13,051 nucleotides of DNA from Candidatus Nanoclepta minutus (GTDB taxonomy: Archaea > Nanobdellota > Nanobdellia > Nanobdellales > Nanobdellaceae): NCBI GenBank assembly GCA_003568775.1, contig MWMI01000007.1:1-13051 (forward strand), written 5' to 3'. Both the position numbers and the translations under genes were made by a program. Of this stretch, positions 12,804-13,051 are shown piece by piece. The stretch's first letter is position 1, and every line of letters begins with the position of its first letter. Below the pieces are notes generated by a model. It was not told the origin of the DNA. It was given only the letters and a program-made list of their open reading frames with translations, and made no database searches.

Positions 12804-13051
12804 ATGGTAGACTATTTCGCATATTATTCTATAATAAGATCGATCCCTGGACAGTTTAAGGTAATTGCGGATCTCTGGGGAATAAGGGATCCCTTAATTG
12901 GACCTATAATTGTAATGATAGTAATATTTATCTTTTGGTATTTAATAATACTATTAGGCGTTAAGGGTTCGTTCGGAAGGTTGGGTTGGGTAAGTGAAAA
13001 TCTACAAAAATATTTAGCAATTATTATAGCAATAATACTTATGTTTGGAAT
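12804..13051 (+). CDS. Membrane protein, 5' partial (runs off the window end); possible distant fourth member of the 5-TM family
   Basis: My own translation from ATG 12804 gives MVDYFAYYSIIRSIPGQFKVIADLWGIRDPLIGPIIVMIVIFIFWYLIILLLGVKGSFGRLGWVSENLQKYLAIIIAIILMFG, open to the window edge (not in the ORF track because it has no stop). There are two clear hydrophobic helices. DLWGIRDPLIGPIIVMIVIF loosely parallels ENYGIFSFFGPFLVIFSLMY. Confidence 0.45.
   Translation, partial: MVDYFAYYSIIRSIPGQFKVIADLWGIRDPLIGPIIVMIVIFIFWYLIILLGVKGSFGRLGWVSENLQKYLAIIIAIILMFG

Noticed and set aside
12842-12893. Inverted repeat GATCCCT ... AGGGATC (7-bp arms, 36-nt loop) and the palindrome GGGATCCC
   Set aside because: The arms are short and the loop is long. 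It lies inside an ORF with convincing TM-helix coding, so it is not distinguishable from chance.
1-13051. CRISPR array, transposase/IS element, integrase, and tRNA or rRNA genes
   Set aside because: I saw no regularly spaced direct repeats, no terminal inverted repeats flanking an ORF, and no cloverleaf-capable G+C-rich segment. Apart from 4258-4371, all intergenic gaps are 62 nt or shorter.

Overview
Visibly AT-rich (about 30% G+C by eye) and extremely gene-dense archaeal chromosome segment. Roughly 97% is coding. Start/stop overlaps include ATGA at 8007-8010 and TAATG at 11372-11376, and one convergent gene pair is separated by a single nucleotide at 880. There are two transcription blocks: a minus-strand block (881-7483) and a plus-strand block (7510 to window end), meeting at a 26-bp divergent gap. 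Confidently recognisable genes are aEF-2, exosome Rrp4 and Rrp41, a THEP1-family NTPase, two tandem single-cluster ferredoxins, an AmrS/PflA-like radical SAM enzyme, a Cas4-family nuclease, the C-terminal half of an NFACT (RqcH/Tae2-like) protein, and a one-domain FlaJ/TadC-like pilus platform protein. K/E/I/Y-rich proteins, low GC, divergent core proteins, broken operons and an apparent split gene suggest a reduced-genome hyperthermophile of the Nanoarchaeota/DPANN kind (Nanoarchaeum-like). This is inference and cannot be verified here. No tRNA, rRNA, CRISPR array or transposase was seen. The items most worth a second look are: (1) a 4xCBS protein whose C-terminus looks like an HPF/RaiA ribosome-hibernation fold and which is translationally coupled to rrp4-rrp41; (2) a head-to-tail array of three paralogous 5-TM proteins of unknown family, with a possible fourth at the window end; (3) a candidate box C/D sRNA whose 12-nt guide fits the LSU rRNA P-loop; (4) a perfect 22-bp palindrome centred on a TATA box; (5) a solo Cas4-like nuclease overlapping the split NFACT half and divergent from the NTPase; (6) an Asp-to-His change in the aEF-2 P-loop. 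All homology statements are by-eye motif recognition, not database searches.
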